Assembly (NCBI GenBank): GCA_951406725.2
Contig: OX597827.1
Span: forward strand, 55,118,001 to 55,182,000
From: Octopus vulgaris
Lineage: Eukaryota
Length of the DNA stretch: 64,000 bases
Direction of reading: 5' to 3'
Below are positions 26,591-39,632 of this stretch, one piece after another. The notes beneath the pieces were generated by a model. That model worked only from the letters and a program-made list of their open reading frames with translations, was not told the origin of the DNA and did not search any database. How positions within the stretch are numbered: the first letter of the stretch is position 1; every line of letters starts with the position of its first letter. Made by a program: the position numbers and the translations under genes.

Positions 26591-26744
26591 ATATATATAA
26601 GCAGTTTGATTTAAATTCGTTAGAGAGACAAACAGTACCATACTAGCTGAGGAGTACCAACAAATTTGAATCAAACTGTTTTGATCCATACATGTAATTC
26701 CCAATAAATGTGCCGAGTGCCCTTGTTTTGTTTGTCCTCTCACT

Positions 26745-26780
<36 letters not shown>

Positions 26781-27255
26781 GGTACAGGACGTCACCAACT
26801 GTGTAAACAACATGAAGTACAAAAACAAATGAGTTAACTATGCAAACCACGAGAGAGAAAAAATGGAAGACAGGACAAGTAAACACAGATAACAACCCTT
26901 CATCAGTTGTTGGCTGTCTATCTACTCCTCATTTCAAGCATTCAATGACTATATGAGTCTTCAAAGACAGTTGCTCCCATAAATTCTAAAATAAAATTTA
27001 GGATTTATGGAGGGTCAAAGTTGGGAACAAAAACAGAACAGTGGAGACATACATGGAAATCGAACACAAACAAACATGGAAGGTCATTAGACGAGAACGA
27101 GAGGAAAATAGTGAATGCCAGGAGAAATATTTTCTTTGAAAAGAGAAAAGATAGAAGAGAAAGAAAGAAAACGTCCAGTCCTTAGAATGCAAGAAAAGAA
27201 AGGTGGACAATGATCACTTGTGAGCAAAGAGAAAGAGAAAAAGAGAAACAGGGGT

Positions 27256-27287
<32 letters not shown>

Positions 27288-27446
27288 TAGAAAATGGTGA
27301 AGGGGGAGAAAAAGGGAATTAGAGAAGGATGGAGGAAGAAAATAGTATAGAGTAGAGTCACATCAAAAAGGTTAAGATAAACTTACTTGGAAATGGATTA
27401 TATACATACACACACATTCACACACTCACTCACACACATACACTCA

Positions 27447-27481
<35 letters not shown>

Positions 27482-27791
27482 GAGAAATTATAGTAAACAC
27501 AAGTTTATATCAATTTGCACTTGGAACATACAATGCAGGGGTTTCAAATAACCACAATGCTGAAATGTAAATAGAGTGAAAATGATATAAAATGATATGA
27601 ACCTGTGTTTACCACAATTTCTCCTACATTTGCTCTGTTTATCATAACCACTAATAACTAATGAGTATAGTAATAACCAAACAACTCTAATAGAAGCAGG
27701 CTGGATGATGATAATCTAGAAGGAGATCTAAGCTCAACAGTAGCAGTTGAACATTTAACTGTACACAAAAAGATATACTATGTATATGTTC

Positions 27792-27824
<33 letters not shown>

Positions 27825-30231
27825 TTGGAGAGAAGCAGGGAGAGAGAGAGAGAAGGTTACAGATGTTTCCTTTGACTGAAGTAGGAGTAACATCAGAGGT
27901 CATCTGACAACAGTCTGCTTCAGTTGCAGAGCTGATTGCGATTGTTATAACAAGAAGAAAACATGTTTTTCAGTTTATTTACCCACTTACTTACTTTACT
28001 CTGACATGTTTATTGAGAATGTTTCCCCACTGGCCTGGAAGTACAAAAAAAACGGTCTTTCTGGGAGGGTGGAGATAAATGCCACAATAGAAGAGAAACT
28101 TAACTTTATTGCTGGCTGGCTACACCACAATGAAACAGTTGCATAGATAAGGAGAAGATAGAAGAGATATGTTGATAAACAATGAAGAGAGAGAGTGAGA
28201 GAGAGAAGAGGATGTAATGAGAAGCAGCAGGAGTTGGGGTTGGAGAGTAAAGACAGCAGCTAGGAGAAAGGTGAGAAGATAGCAGAAGGGTGGGGAGGGA
28301 GAGGGAAGTTGTCTTTGAAAAGATCAGGTATGGGTGGCGGGAACCACAAAAATACATTAGTTTTCTAAGTGATGAAGGAAAACAGGAAATGGACAATACA
28401 AGAATAACTTGCTGCTGTTATTGTTTTTGCTGCTGCTGTGAAGGAAGAGGAGAAGAAGAAGAAGGTAAAATTTTGAACAGAAGTAGCAGTTTATTTTTGT
28501 CAGTTTTCATTTTTCCTTCAATAAATTTCAGCAAAATGTAGAAGTCTGAGGAATTACAACCGTGTTTTGTTTCGTAGTCTGCTACCACACCAGCTCCTTT
28601 ATAGGATCCAGTTAGCTCAAGACATCATCAGGAGGAACCACATCCAATTTTGGCCCCTACTCCTCTACCGTTTTGACATGGTGGGGCCCCCACCTTTCGG
28701 AGGTGCCTTCAGCTCTGGTGTTGGGTGCATGTCTTCTTTCTTCTGGTCTCTGGCCTCTTCAGTGTAGCGTCAACTAGTGTCAGCCGGTGACTGACTGACT
28801 TGTCAAATTTTTCCCTTAAAATGATTTAAATGTCTTAAAGATTAGTTCAGGCAATTTAGGGTACAGGCACATAACAGAATGATTAAGCTCCCTGGCTTAA
28901 TGAGCAGAAAATAGGTCTCATGAGGAAGCTCATCTAACTCACTACCACAAAGAAAAAGGTAGATTTACCAAACACTGTAGAACTAACTTCAAAAGTGTCT
29001 TATAAAGTTACAGGGCCAGTTTCAAATTTCCTCAACAGCCTGGAGAAAACAGCAAGGAATCATTTCAATCTATCTTTTCTCAAGAATATTCTGTCATGTA
29101 CAAGATTTCCAAATATTGGCATCACTTTACTAGTATATGCTGTTTCAGTTGTAGGGACTAAGCAAGACACCTAAAACATGATGAGCTTTCAATTCTTTTA
29201 AGTTTTGTTGAATCATGGGAGAGTCATTACAGCAAAATAAACACATACACTAGTTCAATTTCACTTCATTATTATTCATTAATTGATTAACTATTTAACC
29301 AACTAACTAAATGTTTTGATTAATCATTTGGTTAATCAATCAATCGAGGAGTTGTGCTTGTCAAAGTACTTTCACTGTCTTTTCAATGACATTCCCTCTT
29401 TACTCTAGATCAGCTTCAGGTCTGTCGGTTGGCAAACATAACTGATTGATTGATTAACTGAATGTGCTAACAAATAGGTGAATAATCATAAAGAAGTGAA
29501 ATAGAACCAATGTGTGTGTGTGTTTATTATTGGTGTAATGACTGTCCCAAAATACAACAAAATCTGTTTAAACTCTTAGTACTATCATCATCTACTAGCA
29601 GGACCTGTGGAAATTCTATGGAATGAAAAAAATTAAGAAAGAAAGGATGATTTGCATTTTTATCGCATATAAATCTTACTGTTTCTGTGCAATAAACAAC
29701 AGAAAAATATACAATACATAATAGGAGAAACAGAAAAGGTTATCTTCAACCTGGAGGCCTGAGCTGAATGCTTGCAACAAAGAGAACTCTGGTAAAAGTA
29801 GCCAAAAACCTGATGATGATATTAAACCAGTGATGGATTAAGTCTACCACCCCAAGAATTCAGAAAGTAAAAGCCAGAACATATACCACAAGGCAGCTTA
29901 TCTGATGCTTTAGCAATTCTGCCAATCCACCACCCTAATATTTTAAGAAGAAGGCAAAGTTGGCCTTGGCAATATTAGAACTCAGAGCACAGAGAGCCAG
30001 AACAAATACAATAAAACATTTTGTCCTACACTCAAATGATTTTGTCATTTCACTGCCTTTGAATCAAGAGGGTTGACATTCAAGAGATGAAGGAAAGAGA
30101 ATAATTTAGTGAGAAAAAACATGGTATGCTAACTTGACCAAATCTTTAAGAATGTTGGACAAAATGCAGGGCATTCTGAGATCAAATCAAGATGGTGCAT
30201 CATCCTCAAGGTTTGTTTCCTTTTGATCTTA

Positions 30232-30670
30232 TAGGTGCAGACAGGGCTGTGGAGTAAGAAGTTTGCTTACCAACCAAATGGTTTGGGGTTCAGTCTCACT
30301 GCATGATACTTTTGGCAAGTGCCTTCTACTACAACTTCAGACCAACCAAAGCTTTGTGAGTGGATTTGATAGATGGAAACTGAAATAAGCCAGTTGTATC
30401 TGTACATGTGTGTGTGTGTGTGTGTCTGTCTGTCTGTCTGTTTGTGTGTCTGTCTGCCTGCCTGTCTGTACCCCCCCCCATCACTTGACAACTAGTGCTG
30501 GTTTATTTACATCCATGTAACTTAGTGGTTCAGCAAAATATTTCAACAGAATGAATGTCACACTTTTAGACAATAAGCACTGAAGTTTATTTGTTCAGCT
30601 AAGACCCTTCAAGTCAGTGCCTCAGCATGGCTGCAGTTCAATGATTGAAACAAGTAACAGATAAAAGAGA
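30232..30670 (+). mobile_element. CORE-type SINE family B copy
   Basis: Full head, CORE, internal microsatellite and tail. Confidence 0.82.
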
Positions 30671-31847
30671 AAAGCTATGACATGAGTTTGAAATGTATTC
30701 TCTGCTTGCCTCAACTTGCTTAGTTAAAAATAGGTACTGCTCTGTCTTCTTATGAGAACTATGAGTAGGTATACTTTCCAAATGTAAATACTCTAATAAT
30801 TCATATGCTAATACACCAGTTTATAGAACCAGCCAAGGCTTACTCATATGATAAAAAAAAAACATACAACATTTAAAACAGTAAAGTAAATGTCAGATTA
30901 AGTTCAGGTAATTTTAGAAGATAATTGTATGAGATTAAAGTCACCAAAGGGTTAAAACTATCTGAAAAACTAGAAGAGATAGATAAGTGGAAAGAAAAAA
31001 TTATATGATTTATGTATATTAAACATACATTATGGTTATCAGGTTTCAAATAGATGAAAGTCTTATATAATTGAAAGATATTAAATAGATATTCTGTGAA
31101 GTCCAAAAGATATATATAACTTGTAGTTGAACATGTAGTGAGCTCTGGTAATGTAAGGTAAACATTAAAAAAAATGGAACTAGAAAAAAGTGCATGCATT
31201 ATGTTTGTATGAGGAGGGTGGGGAAAGGAAGCCTGTATTTGAATTCATAGCAAGGTTTCATGCAGGTATATGAGTGGATAGAAATAATCTCCTGCGGATT
31301 ATATATTTATATAAACAGACAAATATATATGATTTCACAACTGTATCAAATTGAATATTACTAATCCTAACAAACACTAAACTAATGACGGAGTTTCTAA
31401 ATGCTTGTTTGGCATGCTAGACAGAGAAGTCAAATATCCCTCGAATTACACCTTATCATTTTAAAGAAATGATACATTATGTGTTATATCCTAAAACAAC
31501 AGGGATATCAGGGGTTAGAATTCCTTTGATCAGGGACCTGTTTATCTTAGTTCACCTAGATTCAATTAACAACAACAATGAACCAACAAAGGAGCTTGTA
31601 AGGGTATTAACTTGACTTAGAAGGTTTTGTAGCAAAATCTCATTCAAAACACCCTACTGTAGGCACAGGAATGACTGTGGTTAAGAAGCTTGCTTCATAA
31701 CTAGGAACTTTCCTGTTTGGTTCCACTGCATGGCACTTTGGGCAAGTATCTTCAACTATAACCCTAGGTCACTCAAAGCCTTGAGTGGGTTTGGTGGACA
31801 GAAACTGAAAATAATTTCAAATCTTGTTGCATATATATATATATATA

Positions 31848-32652
31848 AAGTTAATCCAAACATGAAAGCACAAAAAAAACACAATGCGAGGATGTGGAAC
31901 AAATATAATATTATTGGACGCTCAGGAAAGAAGGAAAGAAGGAGGGTTTAACGTTTCGAGCGGAGCTCTTCATCGGAAACATAGGAGAAGGAAAGATCCA
32001 GAGAAGGGAAGACAGAGGAAAAAAAAATCGGCAACGGTACACATGCAGTCACGCAAAGACTATACTATCGATTGGGAATTAATCAGTACTGCAAAACCAT
32101 ACAGACCTAGAACTAATAAATGTGACCTGTGTTTAGAAGAATTTTACCAAATTTTTACATCTAAGGGTAACATAATCAGTTCTAGATAGGAACAATCTTT
32201 AAGATGCCTGCACATGAGAAAATACACCTTTGCTCAGTGTAAACGAGGAATAAACATTTAAACTAGAGAATGTTTTGAAATAACGGGCTATAAGTGATTA
32301 TCCACTCAAAACTTGAATTGAAAATAGTTTGCGTCTAAAATAACAAACAACTCTACATCATACAACCTAGAGTTCATAAATGGAAAACTTTAAATAGTTA
32401 AATCAAAGGATATTAAAGTGAAGAGTGAAGAAACTGCACCAGTATTTTAGTAGGGTTGCAATTGCAATGGTTACTAATTGATGCAGTTGAAACATATAGG
32501 TCTGTGTAAAGCTGTATATATAAAAAGGAATTAAAGGTAATGCTATGCCACTTTGTAATAATAATACATGTATACATACATATATATATGTATGTATACA
32601 TGTATTATTATTACAAAGTGGCATAGCATTACCTTTAATTCCTTTACACAGA

Positions 32653-32660
<8 letters not shown>
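31848..32660 (+). mobile_element. Penelope-like element remnant: inverted pLTR piece, GIY-YIG C-terminus, 3' region and terminal palindrome
   Basis: 32055-32245 encodes KDYTIDWELISTAKPYRPRTNKCDLCLEEFYQI...SSR*EQSLRCLHMRKYT, the typical PLE endonuclease end (CxxC...CxH). Embedded in (TA)n. Confidence 0.78.
31946..31980 (-). ncRNA. Minimal type I hammerhead motif (U4C variant)
   Basis: gttt-CCGATGA-a-gagc-tcc-gctc-GAAA-cg-TT-aaac: stems I and II are perfect, and stem III is the palindrome AACGTT. Confidence 0.65.
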
Positions 32661-32741
<81 letters not shown>

Positions 32742-33011
32742 GGGTTTGTATGATTGTGTATAGAGGGATATATATTATTCAAAGAAATTCCAACTCTGTC
32801 TGTTTTTTATGTTTTATTTATATTCTTTATAATATCAATGTAGAATATAGAATATATAGTATAAATAGTAATATATAGTAAAATGAAATGAAGTATTGAT
32901 TGTCTTATTGAATAGATGAAATATTGAATATCAAATATTAAGGGACTAGTATACTTTCTTGCATTAAAGCTGTCTTCAAGGTCCCAGGTTGCGACAGGAG
33001 TGTTTCAACTG

Positions 33012-33060
<49 letters not shown>

Positions 33061-33742
33061 TGTCCCACAACCACCACTTGACAACATGTGTTGGTTTGTT
33101 TAGATCCCCCCAACCAAATGGTTCAGCAAAAGGAGACCGATAGATTAAGTAACAGGTTTTAAAAAATAAGTACTGAGGTAAATTTGCTTGACAACTACAC
33201 CCTTCAACGTAGTGCTCCAGCATGGCTGCAGGCCAAAGACTGAAGAAACAAGGAAAAAGATAAGAGAAGAGATAAAATAATGGATATAGTCCTTGAAACA
33301 GTACATCTGAAATAAAGAAGGGATGGTCATACTAGAATGAATCTCATGATTAGTCTGCTTGATAATGGCTGAGTTGGGGATAAAAGACAATATCAGCCAC
33401 TGAGAGTTGCTAATCTCCACCTAGGAAAGTATCTTCCAGGATACTGGCACAAAACCATGCAATGGATCTAATTTTGTAGTTATTTAAACACAAATAAACA
33501 TATGTCAGACACTCCACGCTTCCTTGCCAGTGTATATTGAGTGTTTGATGTCATCATACATGATATACACATAAAACCAAATACACATATGGGTGGGTGT
33601 GTTTATGTATGTGTATGAGAGAGAGCATGTATGTGTGTGTCTGTGTATCGTGTATGTGTGTGTGTTTGTGTATGTGAGTATACGTAAAAAATACATATAT
33701 ATATACATACATATTTATATATAAATATCAATAACCATGCAA

Positions 33743-33773
<31 letters not shown>

Positions 33774-33839
33774 TATTTGTCCCATCCATGCTAGCATGGA
33801 AGGCAGATGTTAAACAATGATGATGATATATACATATAT

Positions 33840-33899
<60 letters not shown>

Positions 33900-34879
33900 T
33901 GTATGTATACATATATATGCACACACACGAACAATGTCTAAACACCTACACTCATGAAAACATACCCACAAACATTCCTTCATAGATATATATATATACA
34001 TATATACATACATACATACATACATACATACATACATACATAATATATATATACACACACATACATATACACACACTATTAACATAAAAACATACACACA
34101 CACACAAACATGGTCCCAAGCCCCTCCTCATATACACATATGTACATATATATATATATATATATAAATACATACACTACAATGATGTAACTGGGTTACT
34201 AGAGCAAAAGATGAGATGAAGGTGTGCAGAGGAAGTGATGGATAGATTAAAACAACAAAAGATTAAACAATGAGTAATGAAGAACAGAATAAAATGTTAT
34301 CTACTCCAGGCATCTAAAATACAAAAAGTTTGAAGCAGGAAAAATGAATTTCAGTAGGCTGATTTATTGTGAGGAATGAAAAAAATCCTGCATTTTGAAC
34401 ACTTGTTCTTCTTTGGGTAGGGAGAATTAAAAAAAAATTTCTTTAAATAAATATCAGGTCACAACATTGCAAAAATAAAAGAAGTGATGGAATGATGGGG
34501 AGGAGTGGAAGTGGCAAGAGAGAGAGGAGAATGAGTCGGTGTAAATAATAAGTTGTATGGGATTTGTGTGATGTAGGAGGAAGTAAAGTGCATGGGTAAT
34601 GTGTAAATTTATATTATGGGCAAGACCGGTTGAAAAAGGGTTTGGTGAGATAGGAGATAAATGACAGAGTTGGACAAATGAGGTGATGACCCAAATGACA
34701 CATACACAGTTACACAAACATACATATAAACAAGGTGGAAAGAACTAAATAATTAGTAGGACATGAGGGAGATAAAGGAAGTTTGCAACTATGAGAAATG
34801 GTCAAAAACCTCCAGAGAATTAAGACAAAGTAAAAGTAAATGGATTTGTGTCAGGTCAGGTTGAGTATTTCACAGACAT

Positions 34880-35280
34880 ATACTCTTTTACTTGTTTCAG
34901 TCATTTGACTGTGGCCATGCTGGAGCACTGCCTTTAGTCGAGCAAACTGACCCCAGGACTTATTCTTTGTAAGCCTGGTACTTATTGTATCGGTCTCTTT
35001 TGCCAAACCGCTAAGATACGGGTACGTAAACATACCAGCACCAGTTGTCAAGCAATGTTGGGGGTGGACAAACACAAACACACAAACAAACACACATATA
35101 TATACATATACATATATACGACGGGCTTCTTTTAGTTTCCGTCTACAAAATCCACTCACAAGGCTTTGGTCGGTCCGAGGCTATAGTAGAAGACACTTGC
35201 CCAAGGTGCCACACAGTGGGACTGAACCCGGAACCATGTGGTTGGTAAGCAAGCTACTTACCACACAGTCACTCCTGCAC
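34880..35280 (-). mobile_element. CORE-type SINE family B, well preserved
   Basis: High similarity to 37968-38352. Confidence 0.88.
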
Positions 35281-35451
35281 CAGTTAATGTATTTTTCTGC
35301 AAGTATCAGTATGACATAATGGAACTTCTATGCCTCTTTCTTTCCATAAATATTAAAGTTAAGTGTGCTTCTATCATTCCAAATACACTTTTTCCCAAAC
35401 ACATTCATGATTGTTTTCTAGTACACTATATTTTTATTTATCTATATATTG

Positions 35452-35670
35452 CCTACAGGGGGTTAACTATAGAGGGAACAAACAAGGGCAGACAAAAGGA
35501 TTAAGTCGATTACATTGACCCCCCCAGTGCTTAACTGGTACTTATTTAATCAACCCTGAAAGATGAAAGGCAAAGTTGACCTCAGCGGAATTTGAACTCA
35601 GAACGTAACAGCAGAAATACCGCTAGGCATTTTGCCCAGCATGCTAACATTTCTGCCAACTCGCCGCCTC
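35452..35670 (-). mobile_element. SINE family A copy (alternative 3' end)
   Basis: Reverse complement matches 17706-17945 and 46738-46950. Confidence 0.8.
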
Positions 35671-36129
35671 CTAGTACACTATTTTGCAATCTAAATCACC
35701 CCATGCTTCTGATTATAACTTCACAAAATATGTGAAAATCTCTTAGTCTTTGCTCCTTCCCTAGCTTGGTATATCTGACACCTCGCTTCTCTTCTAGCTA
35801 CTTCATAATACTCTCTGCAACCACCTTCCTTCTAGTCTTTCCAAGCCTATCACTTAGCTTTTTGGCTCTATCTACTGTAATACACACACACACACACACA
35901 CACATAATACAGACATACATATGTGTGGACTTTCATACAGTTTCTATCTACTGCATTTCCCTCACACAGCATTGGTCATTCTAAGAATATAGAAAATGTA
36001 GAAGAAAACACCTGTTCAAGGTGCTCTGCAATGAGATTGAACCAAAAGGTATGTGGTTACAAAGAGAATGCCTAACCACACAACATTGCCCACTCCAAAC
36101 ACAGGCAAGGCATTGTGTGTGTGTGTGTG

Positions 36130-36163
<34 letters not shown>

Positions 36164-36312
36164 TGTGTGTCTGTTTGTCTTTGTCTGTGCATGTGTATAC
36201 ACATACATATGCATGTATGTATGTACTATGTATGTGTGCATGAATATGTGTGTGTGGGCATGGATGTGTGTATACACATACATGCATATGTGTGCATATA
36301 TGTAAGCATAAA

Positions 36313-36351
<39 letters not shown>

Positions 36352-36674
36352 ATTTCAAATGGTGTTAAGTTGCAACTGCTGTTTCAAATGAATAAAAGCA
36401 TTCTGTTGAAGAAATTTTGCAGCCTCCAGTAGGAATCCAACTTAATTGCTTTACTCCAGAAATCAGACACCTTGTTTTGTAATGATAGAAAGCTGATGTC
36501 AGAGAAAGAAGGAAAGATTCAGAAGCTGAAAGGAAGCAGAGAAAGAAAGATAGAGAAAAATGTCTAAAGCTCAAGATCAAGAAAAGAACAAAGTGGCAGC
36601 TCCACTTTAGTTTCATAGACATCCTGAAGGAGAATATGAAACAGAGGAGGAAAATTAAAAAAAAGGAAAGACAA

Positions 36675-36962
36675 TAGGTGCAGGCATGGCTTTGTGGTAA
36701 GAAGTTTGCTTCCTAATCAAATGGTTCCGAGTTCAGTCCCACTGTGTGATACCTGGGGCAAGTGTCTTTTACTACAACCGCAGACTGACCAAAGTCTTGT
36801 GAGTGGATTTGGCTGTGTGGTGAGTAGCTTGCTTACCAACCACATGGTTCCGGGTTCAGTCCCACTGCTTGGAACCATGGGCAAGTGTCTTCTACTATGG
36901 CCTTGGGCCGACCAAAGCCTTGTGAGCGGATTTGGTAGATGGAAACGGAAAGAAGCCCATCG
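36675..36962 (+). mobile_element. Two tandem 5' halves of CORE-type SINE family B
   Basis: Head plus CORE repeated at 36675-36810 and 36810-36962. Confidence 0.82.
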
Positions 36963-37239
36963 TGATAATTTTAATTTTCATCTCATTAAGGATTTTTGCA
37001 TCCAGCTGCCGCAGCGCCGGACGCGAGGGAGAGCAGCGGCAACAGCAAGCCCGGGCCGCGTGCGGAGCTACCAACAACGGCTTGACCTTAACCACTTGAG
37101 CATGTTTATTAGTAGCTGACAATATGTGTGTCTCTGATGATGAGCAGGGGTAGTGGGGGAGCATCATAGCCATGTATTGAGAGGGATTCTTTGGGGTTTG
37201 AATAAATAGTGTAACAAAAACAAAGTTTGAAGGAAATAT

Positions 37240-37453
37240 TGATTTCAAATTTTGGAACAAGGCTAGCAATTTCAGAGGATGGGGTAAGTCAATTGCATCA
37301 ACCCCAGAGCTCAGTTGGTACTTACTTTATAACCCCGAAAGGATTAAAGGCTAAGTCAACCTCAGCGAATTTGAACTCAGACTGTGAAGACAGGCAAAAT
37401 GCTGCTAAATATTTTGCCCATCATGTTAATAATTCTGCCAGCTCACCACCTTA
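37240..37453 (-). mobile_element. SINE family A copy
   Basis: Reverse complement of the array unit. Confidence 0.78.
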
Positions 37454-37578
37454 TGTTTGAAGGAGATATTAGCCATTTTTTCATACTTTCTAAGGATAAG
37501 CAAATAAGAGATAACCATTCCTACCCATTCCTACAAAAATCATGTTACACAGTGTAATAGAAGTTTTTTGACACTCAC

Positions 37579-37837
37579 CTTTGTAATCTTTTGTATATTC
37601 AATCGCATCTGTGATAGATGTGTCCTGTTGAATCCGAAAAACTTGACCACTGGCAATATAGCTGTCTTGTTGCTTTGCATCTTGGTTGTTACCTTCAGAC
37701 AATTCACCTGATTCATTCTCTTTTTCCACAGGTTCTTTAACCTCCTTACATTTAAAAGGCCATTCAGCACTAACATCTCCAATTACAAGACATTGATCGG
37801 CGATTGATTTACATAACCGCTTCCAAAGAAATCCTTC
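37579..37837 (-). CDS. ENO4: ENO4-like coding exon
   Basis: ttgtag acceptor, gtgagt donor, 259 nt, phase 0/1. Encodes EGFLWKRLCKSIADQCLVIGDVSAEW...SYIASGQVFRIQQDTSITDAIEYTKDYK, the enolase W..L....QIVGDD...LLKVNQIGTLTE region. Confidence 0.9.
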
Positions 37838-37967
37838 CTACAACAGAAACAAAAAACACAATATTTTATACAAAAATCAGAAGAAAAAAAAAGAAAATAC
37901 AATACTATATAATAGAAGGAAAATGAAAAAAAATTAGAGTAATAACTTTGGCATAGATATGCATTTG

Positions 37968-38352
37968 AGTTTACTCTTTTACTTGTTTCAGTCATTTGAC
38001 TGTGGCCATGCTGGAGCACCGCCTTTAATCGAGCAACTCGACCACGGGACTTATTCTTTTGTAAGCCCAGTACTTATTCTATCGGTCTCTTTTGCCGAAC
38101 CGCTAAGTAACGGGGACATAAACACACCAGCATCGGTTGTCATGCAATGCTAGGGGGACAAACACACATACGCATATATATATATACATATATACGACGG
38201 GCTTCTTCCAGTTTCCTTCTACCAAATCCACTCACAAGGCTTTGGTCAGCCCGAGGCTATAGTAGAAGACACTTGCCCAAGGTGCCACACAGTGGGACTG
38301 AACCCAGAACCATGTGGTTGGTAAACAAGCTACTTACCACACAGCCACTCCT
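37968..38352 (-). mobile_element. CORE-type SINE family B, full length
   Basis: Intact head, CORE, internal (TA) tract and aagtaaaagagtaaa tail. Confidence 0.88.
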
Positions 38353-39062
38353 ACTTTTGAGGAATGCAGAAAAGGATTCACAGCCATCAGCTTATGAAAC
38401 AGGGATTCCAGAATACCTATGTATGTTTGGATTTCATGTCCAGTTGTGTCTGGTTTCCACATATATTTTGAAGAGATGGTGTCATATTCCTTATGATTTC
38501 TTAAAGAGATAAGAGGCCTCACATCTGATGCATATGTATAAATGGTTACATTTGTCTCAGTAGGGGAAAAAAATTGAACGGCAACATTGTCCCCAGTAGG
38601 ATTTGAAATTAGAGTGGCTGTGTGGTAAGCAGCTTGCTTACCAACCACATGGTTCCAGGTGACTATGGTGATAATGCCAATAATTACAATAGTAGTAATA
38701 GATACTAGTTTTAAGGATTTTAATGGCATTCACTAAATAGATTTCACTTTACTAAGAGAGAGTGAAGCTTGGCAAAATACAAAACTATGAATTACATTTT
38801 CATCTCAAATTCATAAGATTAGAGTGAGTTCAAAATAGGATATACAAAAAGGAAAAATGAAGCTAAGAATTCAACAGACTCTTTAAGAATCAGACATTCA
38901 GAGACTTCCTGTTTACATGATAGATTTAAGATGTAAGCATTGCTGTAAATATGGAATTATAATAGAATTATCAAGTAAAAAGCTTAAATCCTGATATTTC
39001 AGAAATTTGCAACAATCTTTCGTTTATTATCCACAGCAAACATTTTTTGCCAGAAGACAATG

Positions 39063-39104
<42 letters not shown>

Positions 39105-39632
39105 CACAGACAGAGAGAGAAAAAAAAACCCCAAAACAAGTTAACCTGCCAAAATAATTAACTGGAAGTAAAATGCAACGAATGATATGCTATAACAGAA
39201 AACCTCTATAAAAAAAATGTTTTTTCTAACAATTACATAGAAATGATAAGTTCAAAGAATGATGTATAACTGTTTGCAGCCAGCATAAAAAAATTGCATA
39301 GTAAAAGAGACAGACAGACAAATCTCAAATGATTTCTCAAACTGCGCAGTTCTAAAATTGGAGCAATTTTCACCTCTTCTCAAAATATCTTTGACAATTT
39401 CTGAAACCTTAGCAATTAGTTGTAAGCATATATCCAAACAATTGCAATCATTGAAAATACCACTGACTCTGTTCATTTATTTCTTTTGTATCCAGCCTAA
39501 CATCTGTTTGTCGGTTGCATGCTGCCTTCTTACCTTCTGAATATTGATATGGAGTTTTAGTATGATTGTCTTAATATTTATCATTGTGTATGTGTGTATA
39601 TACATATCTATACACATATACACACACATACA

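Noticed and set aside
26880-26990. CTGATGA and GAAA words on the minus strand of a repeat
   Set aside because: I could not fold them into a consistent hammerhead topology.
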